Part shown: positions 63,579-64,000 of the stretch, piece after piece
Layout of the letters: every line of letters begins with the position of its first letter
How positions within the stretch are numbered: the first letter of the stretch is position 1
Position numbers and translations under genes: made by a program
Notes under the pieces: generated by a model
Database searches by the model: none
What the model saw: the letters and a program-made list of their open reading frames with translations, nothing else
Told to the model about the DNA's origin: nothing
Assembly (NCBI GenBank): GCA_048013815.1
Contig: CM106586.1
Span: 12,586,001-12,650,000, forward strand
DNA: 64,000 nt
Origin: Setoptus koraiensis
Lineage: Eukaryota; Animalia; Arthropoda
Direction: 5' to 3'

Positions 63579-64000
63579 TTATTTTGTTGGCTCATGTAAT
63601 AATAATGATAATAGAAATAATCTAGAATAGGATAACTTCCAAGGATTTACAGAGACTCCTCTGAATAATAATAATAATAAATACATAAAAAACATCCACA
63701 AAAATTCATCAGACAGCCTGTTATATATGAATCGGCTTTGTCGATCGACTGGCCATGTAGGCACCGTAGAAGTCACACGGCACAGAACATGAAACGCTTT
63801 ATTGTGCAAAAATGCAACATTGTGCTCGATGCGCTGTGCAATTTGCCTCGGACAGTGCATCGAAAAAGGCATTGTGATAGGCACATCAGTATTATGAGCC
63901 AACAAAGAAAAAGTTGAGTGGAATTTCAGCACAGTGACACGAACGCAATAGCCATGGTGCCGAGCGTATGCATGGCCAGTTCACTTCAGACACCCGGTAG

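Noticed and set aside
63579-63932. 117-aa ORF at the window end
   Set aside because: Non-ATG start, runs into an AT-rich UTR/promoter of Sec61alpha, and shows no homology.

Overview
Eukaryotic, gene-dense and intron-poor arthropod DNA (mesh, innexin, eclosion hormone, nerfin-like). The compactness and near-absence of introns suggest a mite, possibly an eriophyoid; this is inference. About 20 protein genes are recognisable: mesh, an F-box protein, PTS/purple, eclosion hormone, an ARID2/BAP170 orthologue, SRFBP1-like, KICS2/C12orf66, innexin, an SDR, a secreted Lys-rich peptide, UQCRC2, INSM/nerfin-like, an orphan C2H2 protein, GPATCH1, SRP54, PIAS/Su(var)2-10, SARA/ZFYVE9, Galpha-o/i-like, NOL9 and Sec61alpha. 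The most striking pattern lies at 42-58 kb: three local partial duplications each left an intact, ATG-started, in-frame mini-gene. These are an SP-RING+SIM mini-PIAS showing signs of purifying selection, an internally deleted zinc-finger protein, and a chimeric SRP54 C-terminal tail. Several orthologues are also domain-stripped (ARID2 without ARID or RFX, SRFBP1 without its C-terminal motif, a short NOL9). Other oddities are a 332-bp CACTGTG-ended MITE, a frameshifted Tudor-like relic, a frameshift in GPATCH1, and a 5.3-kb GC-rich block of palindromes and short tandem arrays. No tRNA, rRNA or CRISPR array is supported. All identities and counts are by eye; no database searches were run.
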